Below, one piece after another: positions 47,250 to 59,949 of a stretch of DNA of 64,000 bases. Under the pieces are notes generated by a model. The model saw only the letters and a program-made list of their open reading frames with translations, was not told where the DNA came from and ran no database searches. Source of the DNA: Trichodelitschia bisporula (lineage: Eukaryota); assembly GCA_010356995.1 (NCBI GenBank), contig ML996690.1, positions 685,420 through 749,419 of the forward strand, given 5' to 3'. Made by a program: the position numbers and the translations under genes. Position 1 is the stretch's first letter, and every line of letters begins with the position of its first letter.

Positions 47250-49501
47250 ATGCTATATCAATCGCTTCTGGTAGGTCTGCCACTTTGGTGCGCACTCGTA
47301 CTCGGCCATGGCGAGGAATCCCAGCAAGTCCTCATGCCGCCTGGCGCCGCGAAGACCTCAAGACCCAACATTGTCTTCATCCTCACCGACGACCAGGATT
47401 TACACATGCACTCCCTTGACTACACTCCTTTGACCAGGAAGCATTTCCAGGAACAGGGGACGTTCTTCTCAAAGCACTATTGCACTGTTGCTGTCTGCTG
47501 CCCTTCACGCGTCAGCCTTTGGACAGGCAAGGCTGCCCATTCGACCAATGTAACTGGTACGTATCTGCTTTGTTACCACTTCAGATATTGACCTCGGAAA
47601 TGCTAATTGCCAACAATAGACGTAAGCTTCCATTGGTATGCTGATTTAACAATATTTAACCGAGTCGTCCGGCGGAATAGGTGTTTCCTCCCTACGGTAC
47701 GTATCCCTCGCTTCTTGAACTTGATGTATGAATATTGACGGCCACCCAGGCGGCTATCCCAAGGTCGGTAACTCCTCTTCTATGGCAACTCCGCATACGA
47801 CCAGTGATAAGCTGACATTTCACTCGAACAGTTCGTTAGTCAGGGTCTGAATGAAAACTATCTTCCTATCTGGCTCCAGGAAGCCGGGTACAACACGTAC
47901 TACACCGGGTATGTCTCACCGACCTGTGCTAGATTTAAACGCTGTTGCCACCATGTCTAATCAAGGACATGTGCCCAGGAAGCTGTTCAATGCTCACACG
48001 GTGGAGAACTACAATAAGCCTTACGTCAAAGGTTTCACCGCCTCGGACTTCCTTCTGGACCCCTTCACATACCAGTATCTGAATGCAAGCTTCCAGCGCA
48101 ACACGGATCCGCCAATCAACTATGCCGGAAACTACAGTACGGATGTCCTCGCTCAAAAGGCCTATGGTCTCCTTGATGAAGCCGTTGAGGCCGGCAAGCC
48201 CTTCTTCCTCACGGTCGCCCCCAATGCTCCCCATAGTAACGTGGGCTGGGACGGAGACTTGGATGAGGTACCCGATAAAGACCATCTGCCGGACAACTTT
48301 ATCATGTCCGCCCCAATTTCAGCTGAGCGACACAAGGATCTTTTCAAGGACGTCAAAGTCCCGCGCAGCGCGAACTTCAATCCCGAACACGTAGGTTCAC
48401 GCTTCCCTGCCTTTCTGTATTTCTAACCAAGAAGCCTTCCGGCGCCGCCTGGGTCCGTGAGCTCCCGCGCCAGTCGGAAGAAAACGTCGAGTACAACGAT
48501 CATTTCTACCGACAGCGGTTGCGGGCTTTGCAGGCCGTAGACGAACTGGTGGACGGACTCTTCGAGCGCCTCGAGAAGCACGGACTTCTTGACAACACCT
48601 ACATCTTCTACACAACGGACAACGGCTACCACATCGGTCATCACCGCATGCAGCCGGGTAAGGAGACCGGCTACGAAGAAGACGTCAATATCCCCTTGTT
48701 CGTCCGCGGACCGGGTATCGCCGCCGGTGCTGTCTCCGAGCTCGTCACTACGCACACCGACCTTGCGCCTACCATCATTAGCCTTATCGGTGCAGAGCCT
48801 CGCCCGGACTTCGATGGGCTAGCTATTCCGCTGTCACAGGATGAGATCCGTGCGGCGAGTGATGGCTGGCACGAGCATGTCAACATTGAGTATTGGGGAT
48901 TCGCCATGGGTGAAGGCAAATTTGACCGAGGATTTCATACGAACAACACGTGGGCTTCCCCAGTGATTCACCAAGCTGAGCTATACTGATGAGACGTAGG
49001 TACAAGGCTCTGCGTGTCATCGGCCGCGACTACAACTTGTACTACAGCGTAAGTCAATGGCAGAAGGGTCGTCCTGTAGTCACTGTTCAAAGGAAAACTA
49101 ATCGTCATCAGGTATGGTGCCACGGCGAGCACGAGCTCTACGACCTTAGAAACGACCCCGGCCAGCTCAACAACCTCCTCCGCACCAGCGGCGCCATTGA
49201 ACCCACTCTCTTTTCCTTCCCTATCGCTAAAGTAGCCTCTCGTCTCGACTCCCTCCTCTTCCTACTCAAGTCCTGCAAGGGCATCGTGTGCACTCGGCCA
49301 TGGAAGGCACTTCACCCAGGCGGCGGCGTGAACACGCTGCAGCATGCGCTCGCGCCGGAGTTTGACGCCTTCTACGAGGGCGAGCAGCTGCGTGTGCAGT
49401 TCTCGCGCTGTGAGGCGGGGTACTTGCTTGATGCGGAGGGGCCGCAGTGGGAGGACAAGTTGGCTTATCGCCAGGGAGTGAAGTGGTCGGAGTGGGTTTA
49501 G
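47250..49501 (+). CDS. Secreted arylsulfatase (Cys-type)
   Basis: Signal peptide; PNIVFILTDDQD, CCPSRVSLWTG (formylglycine motif), GKLFN, DNGYH and PGKE.GYEED motifs. Nine exons including microexons of 2, 16 and 14 nt. Confidence 0.93.
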
Positions 49502-50524
49502 GTCGGCGGTTCAGCCTCCCTTGTCGTTTTCCGACAGGGAAGGGCAATTGGCGATAACCTCGACTTCCATGGCCATGCAAATGATTGAAAGACGCCGTGG
49601 TTATCCTGCTATATAACTTTTTTTGGATAGTAAAAATCGAATCTGCAGATCCGATTTTGTGGAACCGTTGCGTTGACATCACATTCTGTGAGGTTGTGAA
49701 TGTGATGACTAAGCAGCCTGACGACATCTCATGCCGAGGGTCCCTTCCCTCCAACTTCTCTCAAGATTCTCCCAGATCAATACTTCACCTCTTCGACTCA
49801 TCCATCAGCGATCCCAAACAATACACCATCATTTTCTCCCCCGCAAGTGGCGAAGCCGGGATGCCGAACCATGCATGTCGTCATCCGCGAGCATGTTGGC
49901 AAATATCGGGCTAGACCGGGGCCGGACAAGGCTGAGGCGCTAAACAGCAAATCCACGACATCTCCGCGCAGCGGCATCCACCATGCGCTTGAGAATCGAG
50001 CATCCAGGCCCACCTTCTCTCCTCCGACACCGGGGACATAGCTGGTATTTTCCGCTATCTTACCCGACGCGCTGGTCGGGTCTTCCTCTATAGTGGAAAT
50101 GCCCGCGCAGGTCTGCAGGACGACCCCTGGTATGTCAGAGGAGATATGCATGCCCACACGCGCTCGAGCCCCGCCACCTAGATATACACGCGCCGAAGAG
50201 TCTTCTTTCCGAGGCCGTGATTGCCATTGATCCCCATGCCGTTCTATCGGAGACGAGCCCGGTGGCGAGCACGTCTGGCCGAGTACCCGCACATATGTCG
50301 GGCGGAACACAGACTAGACCGGCAGGAGCGGCGCAGGCATGCAGTGTGGTGGCGGAATGGTGGATTCGCGTGGCTGATCGAGCTTTTGCGTTTTGCGGCC
50401 CGGCAGCGTGGGTCTACGCCGGGGAATATAAGCCTCGAGTGGGAGTCAGAGGGTTGGCGAGGGGAAAAGGATTGACTATGAAAGCTGTGCGGGCGTAGGC
50501 TGACGATTGATCAACAATTGACCG

Positions 50525-52564
50525 ATGGCTTTTTTTACCACCTCGCCTTCGCGTGGGACTCCGGCGCCTGGCGATGGAGGTCAGGCGGATGAGAATACAC
50601 CACTGCTGGGAGAGACGCCGCTGATTGGAGATGTCGTGGGTGGATTGGCGGAGCCGGATTTATCAGAGGGGTCGTTGATGAGCTCGACTGTGACGGAGGA
50701 TGAGGTTCCCAAGGGGGATCGTGAGGGGTCGTCGCCGCTGGTTATTGTCCTTGTACTCGTCATGGGTACGTCCGTTCTTGCCCCCAGTTGAGGAGGAACC
50801 GCAGGGGTGGAGATTGACTGTGCAGGCGTTTTCATCGGTCAAATGGACGGCAGCTTCGTCCTGGCCACGCACAGCAACATAGCCTCCGAATTCCAGCAGC
50901 TGTCCAACTCGGGCTGGCTGCTAACGAGCTACTCCCTCGTCGGCGCAGCGACACAGCCTATTGTGCGTCCGTCGGCTCATCTCCTGTACCGCAAGACTGA
51001 CACGTCCAGATCGGCAAGCTCTCCGATATCTACGGCCGACGACAATGCCTCCTAACCTCCTACGCAATCTTCGCAACCGGAACCCTCTTAAGCGGCATCC
51101 TCCCTACCTTCGCCGGCGTAATCTTCGGGCGCTCAATCGCCGGTATCGGTGGCGCAGGCCTCAACTCCCTCGTCGCCCTCATCGTCCTTGACCTCGTGCC
51201 CCTGCGCGAAGTCGCCACCTTGCGCAGCTACATGAACATCGCTTCTACAACGGGACGCTCGCTTGGCGGCCCGCTGGGCGGTATCTTCGCCGACACCATC
51301 GGCTGGCGGTGGAGCTTCGTCGCACAAGTACCGCTGCTGCTTATCTCTGCGCTGCTCGCGTGGCGCCTCGTTCCGTCACACCCGCTCCATCACCATACCC
51401 GCGCATCCGCACCACCCCAGGCCGTCCAACTTACAGCAAAGGAGAAGCTCGCAAGGATTGATTTTGCGGGCGCGGCGCTGCTGGCTGCGACGATTACGAC
51501 ACTCCTACTTGCCCTTGAGATCGCTGGCAAGATGTCCTGGACGAGCCCGCTGGTCCTGGGCCTTTTGGGCGGGGGATTGGTCCTCGGCGCGGCATTTGCG
51601 ACGGTCGAGACATGGTACACGACTGAGCCGGTGTTTCCGCTTTTCCTCCTGCGGGATCGTGCGGTCGTGAGCGCATATGGGACACTTGGAACGGCGGTAG
51701 CGGCGCAGATTTGTGTAAGTGTCCCACCCTTTGATCCGGGAGATAGAGGTAGAGGAGGGGCTGATAGTGGGTGACAGTTGATGTACTGCGTCCCCATCTA
51801 CTTTCAGGTAACGCAAAACGCCTCCGCCGCGCTAGCAGGCACGCATCTCTTCCCCGCAGTGGCAGGCAACGCAGTCGGCGCGCTGATCAGTGGTCTGACA
51901 ATCAAGCGGTTCGTCACCCTTCCCCATCCCAAACTCGAAAGCTAACCCACCCAGCACGGGCCGCTACAAAGCACTCGCAATCATCGCCACCATCAGCAGC
52001 AGCATCAGCTACAGCTTGCTAATGCTGCGCTGGCGCGGACACACCGGCTTCTGGGAGTCACTGTACATCGTGCCCGGTGGGTTCGGGCTAGGTATCTGCG
52101 AGGCGGCTGTGTTTATCAGCTTGTCGGCGAGCGTGCCTAAGGCGCTTCAGGGCGTTGCGTTATCGGGACTATTCCTGACGGTGAGTGTGGGTGTATTGAC
52201 GGGGTATGCGGCGAGTAGTTCGGTGCTTGAGAATGTGCTACGGAGCGAGCTTGTGAGGCGGTTGGTGGGATTCGAGGGTGCGGATGAGGTAAACTTTTTC
52301 TGAAGCGATGCGTTACTGGACTTGTATTGACGTGGACAGATTATTCGCAATTCCGTGTCCGATATCGGGTACGTCAAGGGTCTAACGGGACCCATACACG
52401 ACGCCGTGGTGGCCTCGTACGTCCGCGCGCTGGAGTGGACACACGGTTAGTACCTGCCCTAACCCTTTATGCGAGTAACGCAGACTGACAGAGTAGCCGT
52501 GTCGCTCGTGTGCATGGCCATCGCCTTTGCGGCGTCGTTGGCGATACCGCAGAAAAGGTTGTAA
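50525..52564 (+). CDS. MFS transporter (DHA2/VBA-like)
   Basis: ENTPLL sorting-like motif, GKLSDIYGRR, GGPLGG..ADTIGWRWSF, ARIDFAG and EPVFPL motifs; multi-intron. Confidence 0.88.
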
Positions 52565-52679
52565 GGGATAGTTCGACCGGGTGCAAGGTAGACAGCTTGA
52601 TTTTGAGGCCATAGATTTCATTCCAGCCTCTTGATTCCGACTCCAGCCACCGTGATGCTTGATATCCCCATTAACCTGC

Positions 52680-55535
52680 CTAGTCCTCCAAGCCCATCCA
52701 CTCCCCCTCACTGCCCTCACTCTCACTCCCCGTCTCCCCCATATCCACATCCGCCACATCCTCAATCGCCCCCATCGCACCCTCCACCTCCTTCAGCGGC
52801 TGGCGGAGGAGCACATCAACCGCATACCCATTCCTCTCGCCCATCCTCCAAATCCCCTTCTCAATCCACCCCACAACCCTGAGGACCAACTTCATCTCCG
52901 CCGCAAACTCGCCCCTCCGCTCCCTCAACACGCGCCCATGGCACACAAGCACGGCCTCGATCCATCTGAGGCAAAACTCAAGGTGCGGACCCTCCTCCGC
53001 CCGCTCCGCAATCAAGCGTATCAGGCGCCCCAGATACACGAGTGGCAGCGCGCCGACAACGAGCGGTACGTCCGCAACCGGTATGCCCTCAAACACACGC
53101 CGAATCAGCCCCTTCTCGCCGAGGCGGAACGCCATGACCAGGGCACGCAGCCCGTCGCCCCGGCACAGCGCCGACAAGGCACCCGCGGGCGTGACGTCAA
53201 CGTCCAGCTCAAAGGGATCGAAGGCGAAGCCTGCGTCGAGTGAATAGAGAAGCAGGCCCTCAGTCGACGCAGCGCAGAACGCGCGACCGGTCGGCGAAAA
53301 CGCAACGGCCGGGACGCGGATCTCGGGCCGCGTGCGACGGACGCTGGCATCCCCACGGGAGGCCCCGGGAAGGGTGTGATCCAGGCGGTCCTGCAAGTCC
53401 TCGGCCTCGCCCTGCGTGTCGATGAGCCCTAGAGGCCCGGCTTCGGTCATGAGTCTACTGTTCAGGTATTCCTGCGTGCCGTCGAGGGCGAGATTGACGG
53501 ACACTGTGAACTTCTTCACTAGCATACCCGACTGCACTTCGTACAGGCAGATGTACTTGCTGTTGCCGCCGGCGAGCACACAGGTCCCGTCGGCGCTGTA
53601 GCGCAGCGTCGTGAACGTCTTGGTGCCGGCGGCGTTGGCGGCAGTGCGCCGGTCGGACAGCTTGCGTCCACCTGAGACGTCGCGCCGCCCGTCCAGGACA
53701 CCAGTTTGCAGCGCATCGGATACGTTCCAGAAGGTGAGTTGGCCGTCCAGCGTGGAGACGGCGATTTGCTTGGAGTCTGGGCGGAAGGCGAGAGCGAGGA
53801 CGTTGGCTTGTAACTGCAGGGGCTCACTGGTTTGTGTCCGCGAAAAGATGTTCCAGATGCGTACGGTGTTATCCCAGCTGCCGCTGATGAGGGCTCCGCC
53901 GTCCGGGGCGAATGCTAGGGAGGATACTGGGCCCTCATGGCCGGCGAGCTGATCCAGAAGCTGGCCCGTTTGGACGGACCAGATGTGGATATTGTCCGAG
54001 TCTAAAGATCCGGCGCAGACAACTTCACCGCTGGGGTCGATGGCAAGAGAGGAGAAGGAGAGGCGGGTAGGGGCGGTGAATGTACGGAAGTTACGGTATC
54101 TTATGAGGTCCCATGCTCGCACTGAGCCGTCAAGGCTGGCTGTGAATAAGACGTTGCCACGTTTGGAGAATTCGCAGGCAGTTACGCCGCTCGAGTGTTC
54201 CGTGAACGTGACTATGCAGAATCCGGAATTGGTGTCCCAGACCTTGATCTTGCCGTCATCGGCACAGGTGATAATCCGCTGACCGTCTGGAGAGTAAACG
54301 ATGGAGTTCATCGAATCGTAATGTCCTTGCTGCTTTAGGATGAACGACTCTGATTGCCACTCCCAGACGAGCAGCTGTCCAAGCTTAGATGCTCCAAAAG
54401 CTAGCCACTCGCCTGTTGAGTTGATTGTAACGTAATCGATACCGTTGTTGGATATACTGCCTCCCATTAGCTTGATTCAGCAACCCACAAGGCTGAGATA
54501 CCTTAGCGTCTGGATCTCGTTGAAGTCAGGAAGTTCGTGAATCATGAAGATGCCGGACGAGAAGCCCGTCACCAGGAGATTGGACGGCGCATGGAAAGCT
54601 GCGCAGGTAAGAGTCGCGTTGTTTTGCATGAAGAAGTGCTTCTTTGCTATCCGCCACCGCTCATCTTTAGGCTGCTCTTCTTCATCTTCGTCGTGCTTAG
54701 CCTTGTACTTCCACTCGAAAAGCGCTCCGTCTTTGCTGATTGTGTAGATCTGAGCACGTCAGTGCCATCCGCGGACGCCTCCGAGGGGGTTCGTACCCAC
54801 CGTTTCCTGATCTTTCGAGAACCACGCGTTGCGCACTGGTTGCCGGTGACCGGCTAAGGTGGTCGGCACAAAGCCTTCTTCTGGATCCAAGCTCCATATC
54901 TTCGCAGTGAGATCTTTCGCCGCACTCAAGAAAAATCTAGAGTCGCTCGACCATTCTATGCTCTGAACCTCGTCAAAGTGCCCTGTATACGTCCTGTGGC
55001 GAATGAAGGGCGCAAATTCTAGGCCGCCGTCGCCGCTGGTATCCGGTGTGGACGGTGTGTGCCACACTTCGATTTGCCTGCCAATGCCCGCCGCAAAGTA
55101 CCGTCCCGAGGGGCTAAAAGCGAGAGCCGTAAGAGCACCGCGGAATGAAAAGTGGTAGAGCGCGATCCTTCGCGGCAGATGTGTTAGGATTGCGCGTCCA
55201 TCTTCGTCGACTGAGAGGAGGAGGTTTCCACGCGGGTTGAGGGCGATGCGGGAGATGTTTCGGCGGTGGGCGAACGGGAGTGTGTACGACTTGTTGCTAT
55301 CATCACACGTCAGTACCAGGTGCAACTTCATGAGAGACTCAGCAACCACGTACCTCACAAGATCGAAAACAGAGACTCGATTTCCGACAGGAGACAAGAG
55401 GCATGAACCGTCCGGCGCAAACAGCAAGTTGCCCCGCCCATAGACGGTTCCAAGCAGATTGGAGAACTAGGGGAGGCGTTAGGATCGCAAATTTTGTAGA
55501 AATCAATTGTTACATACGTGGAAGTCCGTTTTCAT
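52680..55535 (-). CDS. PWP2: Periodic tryptophan protein 2 (UTP1), SSU processome
   Basis: MKTDFH|FSNLLGTVY, SPVGNRVSVFDL, WEWQSESFILKQQGH, RAWDLIRYRNFRTF and the Utp12-type C-terminus. Confidence 0.96.
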
Positions 55536-55915
55536 TGTGCAGAGGAAAGCAAAGACAAGATCAAGGTCATTTCCTGTCCGCTCAGCGACGTGAAGCCGTC
55601 AAGGCCAAACTTTTTGGAAATCTTGCGCACAGACCATCGGAGTGCCGGCGAATCCAGCCCCGGCTCTCCGCTCCCCCCAAAACTGTCGATTTGGTTTAGG
55701 GGCAACCTGTTGATTCTGGGGAACCCTCCACAACTTCTTTCTCAATCCCCCGTCTAGTCTCCAACCCGATATCATCTTCCTGCGCTCCGCGGTCTATCAT
55801 CTGAGCTTTGGTCGGTCTATTAGCGCTGATATTCTCTTGCAGCCGCTAATGCTTGCAGTACAGCCTTCTACAACTTCACCCCTGTTTAGCCTTTCGCTGC
55901 AACTACACAATCACG

Positions 55916-57290
55916 ATGGCTGAATCCTTGTCCCCAATTGGCATTGCCAACGTAAGTCTAATGCTTGAGATCCGTCGAAGCAATACTGACATGCTGCTAG
56001 CTGCCGAACCAACGGTATGGAAGCCGCCTCCAAGTCCCGTCACATCTAACGTTCATCCAGGCACAAGATCGTCGCCAAACGCGGTGCTGCGTTCACCATC
56101 ATGGTACGATCTATCGTCACATCCTACTATATCTGCTAATTCTGCTAGGTTGCTGGTGAATCTGGCCTCGGCAAGACGACCTTCATCAACACCCTCTTCT
56201 CGACCACCATCAAGAACTACGCCGACCACAAGCGCCGCCACAACAAGCAGATCGACAAGACTGTCGAGATCGAGATCACGAAGGCGGAACTCGAGGAGAA
56301 GTTCTTCAAGGGTAACGATTACGGCGCTATATACATGGATAAGGCTGATGATGATAGTCCGGTTGACCGTCATCGATACCCCCGGCTTCGGCGACTACGT
56401 CAACAACCGCGACTCATGGCAACCCATCATTGAGTTTCTCGACGACCAGCACGAGTCGTACATGCTCCAGGAGCAGCAGCCGCGCCGCACGGAGAAGATT
56501 GACCTCCGCGTCCACGCCTGCTTGTACTTCATCCGCCCCACCGGACACACTCTGAAGCCGCTGGACATCGAGGTGATGAAGAGGTTGTGCACCCGCGTCA
56601 ACCTTATTCCCGTTATTGCGAAGGCCGACACTTTGAGCCCGGCTGATCTGGCCAAGTTCAAGCAGCGGGTGAGTTTTTTGCGCCAAGGAAGGTGCTGTCT
56701 AATATTTGTAGATACGCGCCGTTATTGAGGCCCAGGGCATTCAGATCTACCAGCCGCCTCTTGAGGAGGATGACGAGGCCGGTCTGCAGCACGCGCGCAG
56801 CCTGATCGCCGCGATGCCCTTCTCCGTTATTGGCTCGGAGAAGGATGTGCAAACGACTGATAACCGCACGGTCAAGGGCCGGCAATATGCTTGGGGCGTA
56901 GCGGAGGTGGAGAACGAGGACCACTGCGACTTCAAGAAGCTGCGGGCCATCCTGATCCGCACTCACATGCTGGACCTGATTCACACAACGGAGGAGAACC
57001 ACTACGAGGCCTACCGCGCGCAGCAGATGGAAACTCGCAAGTTCGGCGAGGCGAGGCCGCGCAAGCTAGACAACCCCAAGTTCAAGGAAGAGGAAGAGGC
57101 GCTCCGCAAGCGCTTCACCGAGCAGGTCAAGGTCGAGGAGCAGCGCTTCCGCACGTGGGAGCAGAAGCTCATCTCCGAGCGCGACCGCCTCAACAAGGAC
57201 CTCGAGCAGAGCCATGCCATCATCAAACAGCTCGAGGCCGAGGTCGAGGGCCTGCAGGGCAGCGTCAACCGGTCGCACGGGCGCCGCTAG
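55916..57290 (+). CDS. CDC12: Septin Cdc12/AspC/Spn4
   Basis: PIGIANLPNQRHKIVAKRG, GESGLGKTT, DTPGFGD, AKADTL, GRQYAWG and C-terminal coiled coil; includes a 14-nt exon at 56001-56014. Confidence 0.95.
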
Positions 57291-59152
57291 ACAGGTTTTC
57301 AGGTTGTTTCGTCTTGTCAGTGCTTACCTCAAAGATACCTCTCTTTTATTTGACTTTGTTGCTTCTGCAAGTAATGGCGCCGTTTTCTGTCGGTGGGGGT
57401 GAACTTGGCATTTTGAAGCTGGGTCGTCGACCCCCCGTGGTGTGGTGTGCTCCGAGTAATTGCTTTTAAGTCCTTTCTGATGACAATGAGGATGGGGGCA
57501 AGCGCGCGCGTTGCGTTCTTCAAAAGTGGTGCGGGAGCTTTAGGCCTTACATGTTTGTAGATTAATGTAGCGGCGATAGCTTGTGCCTGAGTCATCTAAT
57601 TTGTGCTCTCTTTGCTATAATGGGTGATGTTGGGTTTGAGGCTGACTAGTGAACTGAGCCTGTGTGATACATACCCACGCTGGGCTGGCTGAACGACAAT
57701 TACCAGAGCTCGTAAGGTCGGCGGCGCCTTGAACATTTCGCTTCCAAGCACAGAGTGTCGAGGCTCCGGAGACGAAATTTGGTCCCTCGAGAGGGTGTAA
57801 ATCCTCGCCCTCATTGGCCAACCTCAAAATGACGACCAATTCAAAACAGCCCCACATGTTTACTTCTGTCGTGACGAAAGGTAGCGGGCGTCGCTGGGTC
57901 AAGATCGATAGCCGGCTGGCCCAGGTGTGTACGTTCGTAGCATGTGAAGTTCACCGATGCGCACTTCCGGCTCTCGTGGTTAGTGCCGTAGCCGACCTCG
58001 GAACACCCACGACACCCTATGGCAGCAGCTTCGCGTGGCCAGCAGAGTCGAATGCCCTATAGAGTGTCCCGAAGGTGGAAGAAATCCCTGTAATATACCG
58101 TACTTCATTCAGGCTTGGGGAGGCACAGCGCAGGGAATATAAGTTGTCTGAATCACACCTGCCTTGATGGAGCTATGGACAGGTGGCAGCTCCTCATCCT
58201 TCTCCTAATTTTATACCCCACGTTCAGCTCGTCGACGGCGAATACTGCTACGTCCTGGAGAAGGAGCTAAGTTTTCGCAATGGACGCAAATCCACCATCA
58301 GGTTTAGGGGATGATTTGCGCCCCCCCAGTGAACAATATGTGTCCAAGTGAGTACCTTCCGCCAAGGCGCCTGGTGGTTCAGAGGAGAGCTCGATGGAGG
58401 CTCAGATTCGCATCACGAGCATCGAACGAAAAAGCTCGTTGATCCCAAGGACATATCAAGATGAAGAGATAAATAGCGGTATCGAAGTGGTGTAACGGCG
58501 AAACCCTAGTGGAGCCTCTTGCTGTCAAAGGAACCGTCAACGTCATCCATACTTCAGGTAATCGCAACAACCATTGATACTCCTTGAAATCAGAAATTGG
58601 GCCGGCGTCAAAAGTCCTCCACAGATCCGCTAATCGGGACGCTGTTATCGCCACCGATGAACCGCCGTTGAAAGGAGTTCGGGCCGTCGCCATGCGCCAT
58701 GTCTTGGAATCGTGAGACATGGTTCACAGTGCACGGAGCCTGCAGAATTTCTCAGAGCGGTCTTGCTCGGAAATTGAAATGGAGATGAGAGAACGGGAAC
58801 GAAGAACTCAAGCCAAAAAGGCCAGATGTCAAGTGGCGAGGTACGTCTGTCGTTGGGAGGGAGCCTTGGAGTCCTCGAGGTAGAGCTTCCGATTGGTTAG
58901 GGCAACACAATACCGAGTGCCGCCAAACGCGGGAGATCAGCAGCGATCACAAGCAACAAAGCAACAACAACAATGACTGACAAAAACATCGAATTGGGGA
59001 CTTTAAACATATACACAAAAAATCCGCGGATCCCCACGAAAAGCTATCCAAGCCATCCAAGCACCTCGCCAAAACGTCGCCAGACGCTTAAAAGTCGCCC
59101 CAACCCGGAATCCGCCTTCCCACACACCAAGCCGTATATCATATCACAATAT

Positions 59153-59949
59153 CTAGAGGAAGTACGTCTTCAGCGCCGCGGACTCGCCGAGACCCGTGCA
59201 CCCGCCGCTCGCGGCACCGGCGTACGTGCCCGCACCCGCGCCGGGCTGGCTGCCCGTCGCGCAGTTCTTCAGGCTGTAGCCCGTAATGCAGCTCGTGGCG
59301 CTGGCGTCGTCGCACACGAAAACGCACTTGTCGAAGTTGGATACGCAGTTGGGCGCCTCAATGCTCATGACGTGCCCCTTCATGTTGACCTCGCGGCTGA
59401 CGTCGAAGGTGCTCCAGGGGTTGCTGAACGTGTACTCGCCCCACGTCTCGCTGATCTGCCCGTTGACCAACTTGGTGTCCGGGTAGATGCCGGCCCAGCC
59501 ACCGGATTGGCCGTTGGCGAAGCTGACGACCTGGGTTTGGCCGGGGGCGAGGGAGACGGTGATGAGGGGCTGTTGCGCGTTCACCCACGAGCCCCAGGAT
59601 CCCCAGACGACGGCGATGATGGTCGCCGTGGAGTTGTTGATGAACTCGTTGGTGTAGGGACCGCCGGGGCCGAGCCACACGGCGCCGTTGGGAGCGGCGG
59701 CGTTGATACCAGCGCTCTTGACGCCCAGCGTGGTGAGGATAGATGCCGCATCCGTGGTCAACAGATTACGCTTCCTGTTCCTGTTAGCAAGGATACTCAT
59801 CCGATCTCGGAATAAACGTACGTAGGGAGCTCGACAGCCTCGTTCGCAGCGCGCTTCGTGTGGAAGTGACGGTGGGGGATGGAGGTCGCGACGGCTTGGC
59901 CAACGGCGAAAGCGGCCAGCGCCAGGACAGAGTTCTTCGAGAAGAGCAT
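59153..59949 (-). CDS. Small secreted Cys-containing protein, Asp f 4 allergen-like
   Basis: Signal peptide MLFSKNSVLALAAFAVGQAVA, KR sites, TWGEYTF, FDVSREVNM and six C-terminal Cys; intron 59781-59821. Confidence 0.75.

Noticed and set aside
49702..49721. Box C (GTGATGA) followed by CTGA, snoRNA-like
   Set aside because: Boxes are only ~10 nt apart with no terminal box D or closing stem.
58050..58720. 113-aa minus ORF with LLRLPE and a possible splice donor; F-box-like relic
   Set aside because: No splice model gave a convincing continuous protein.
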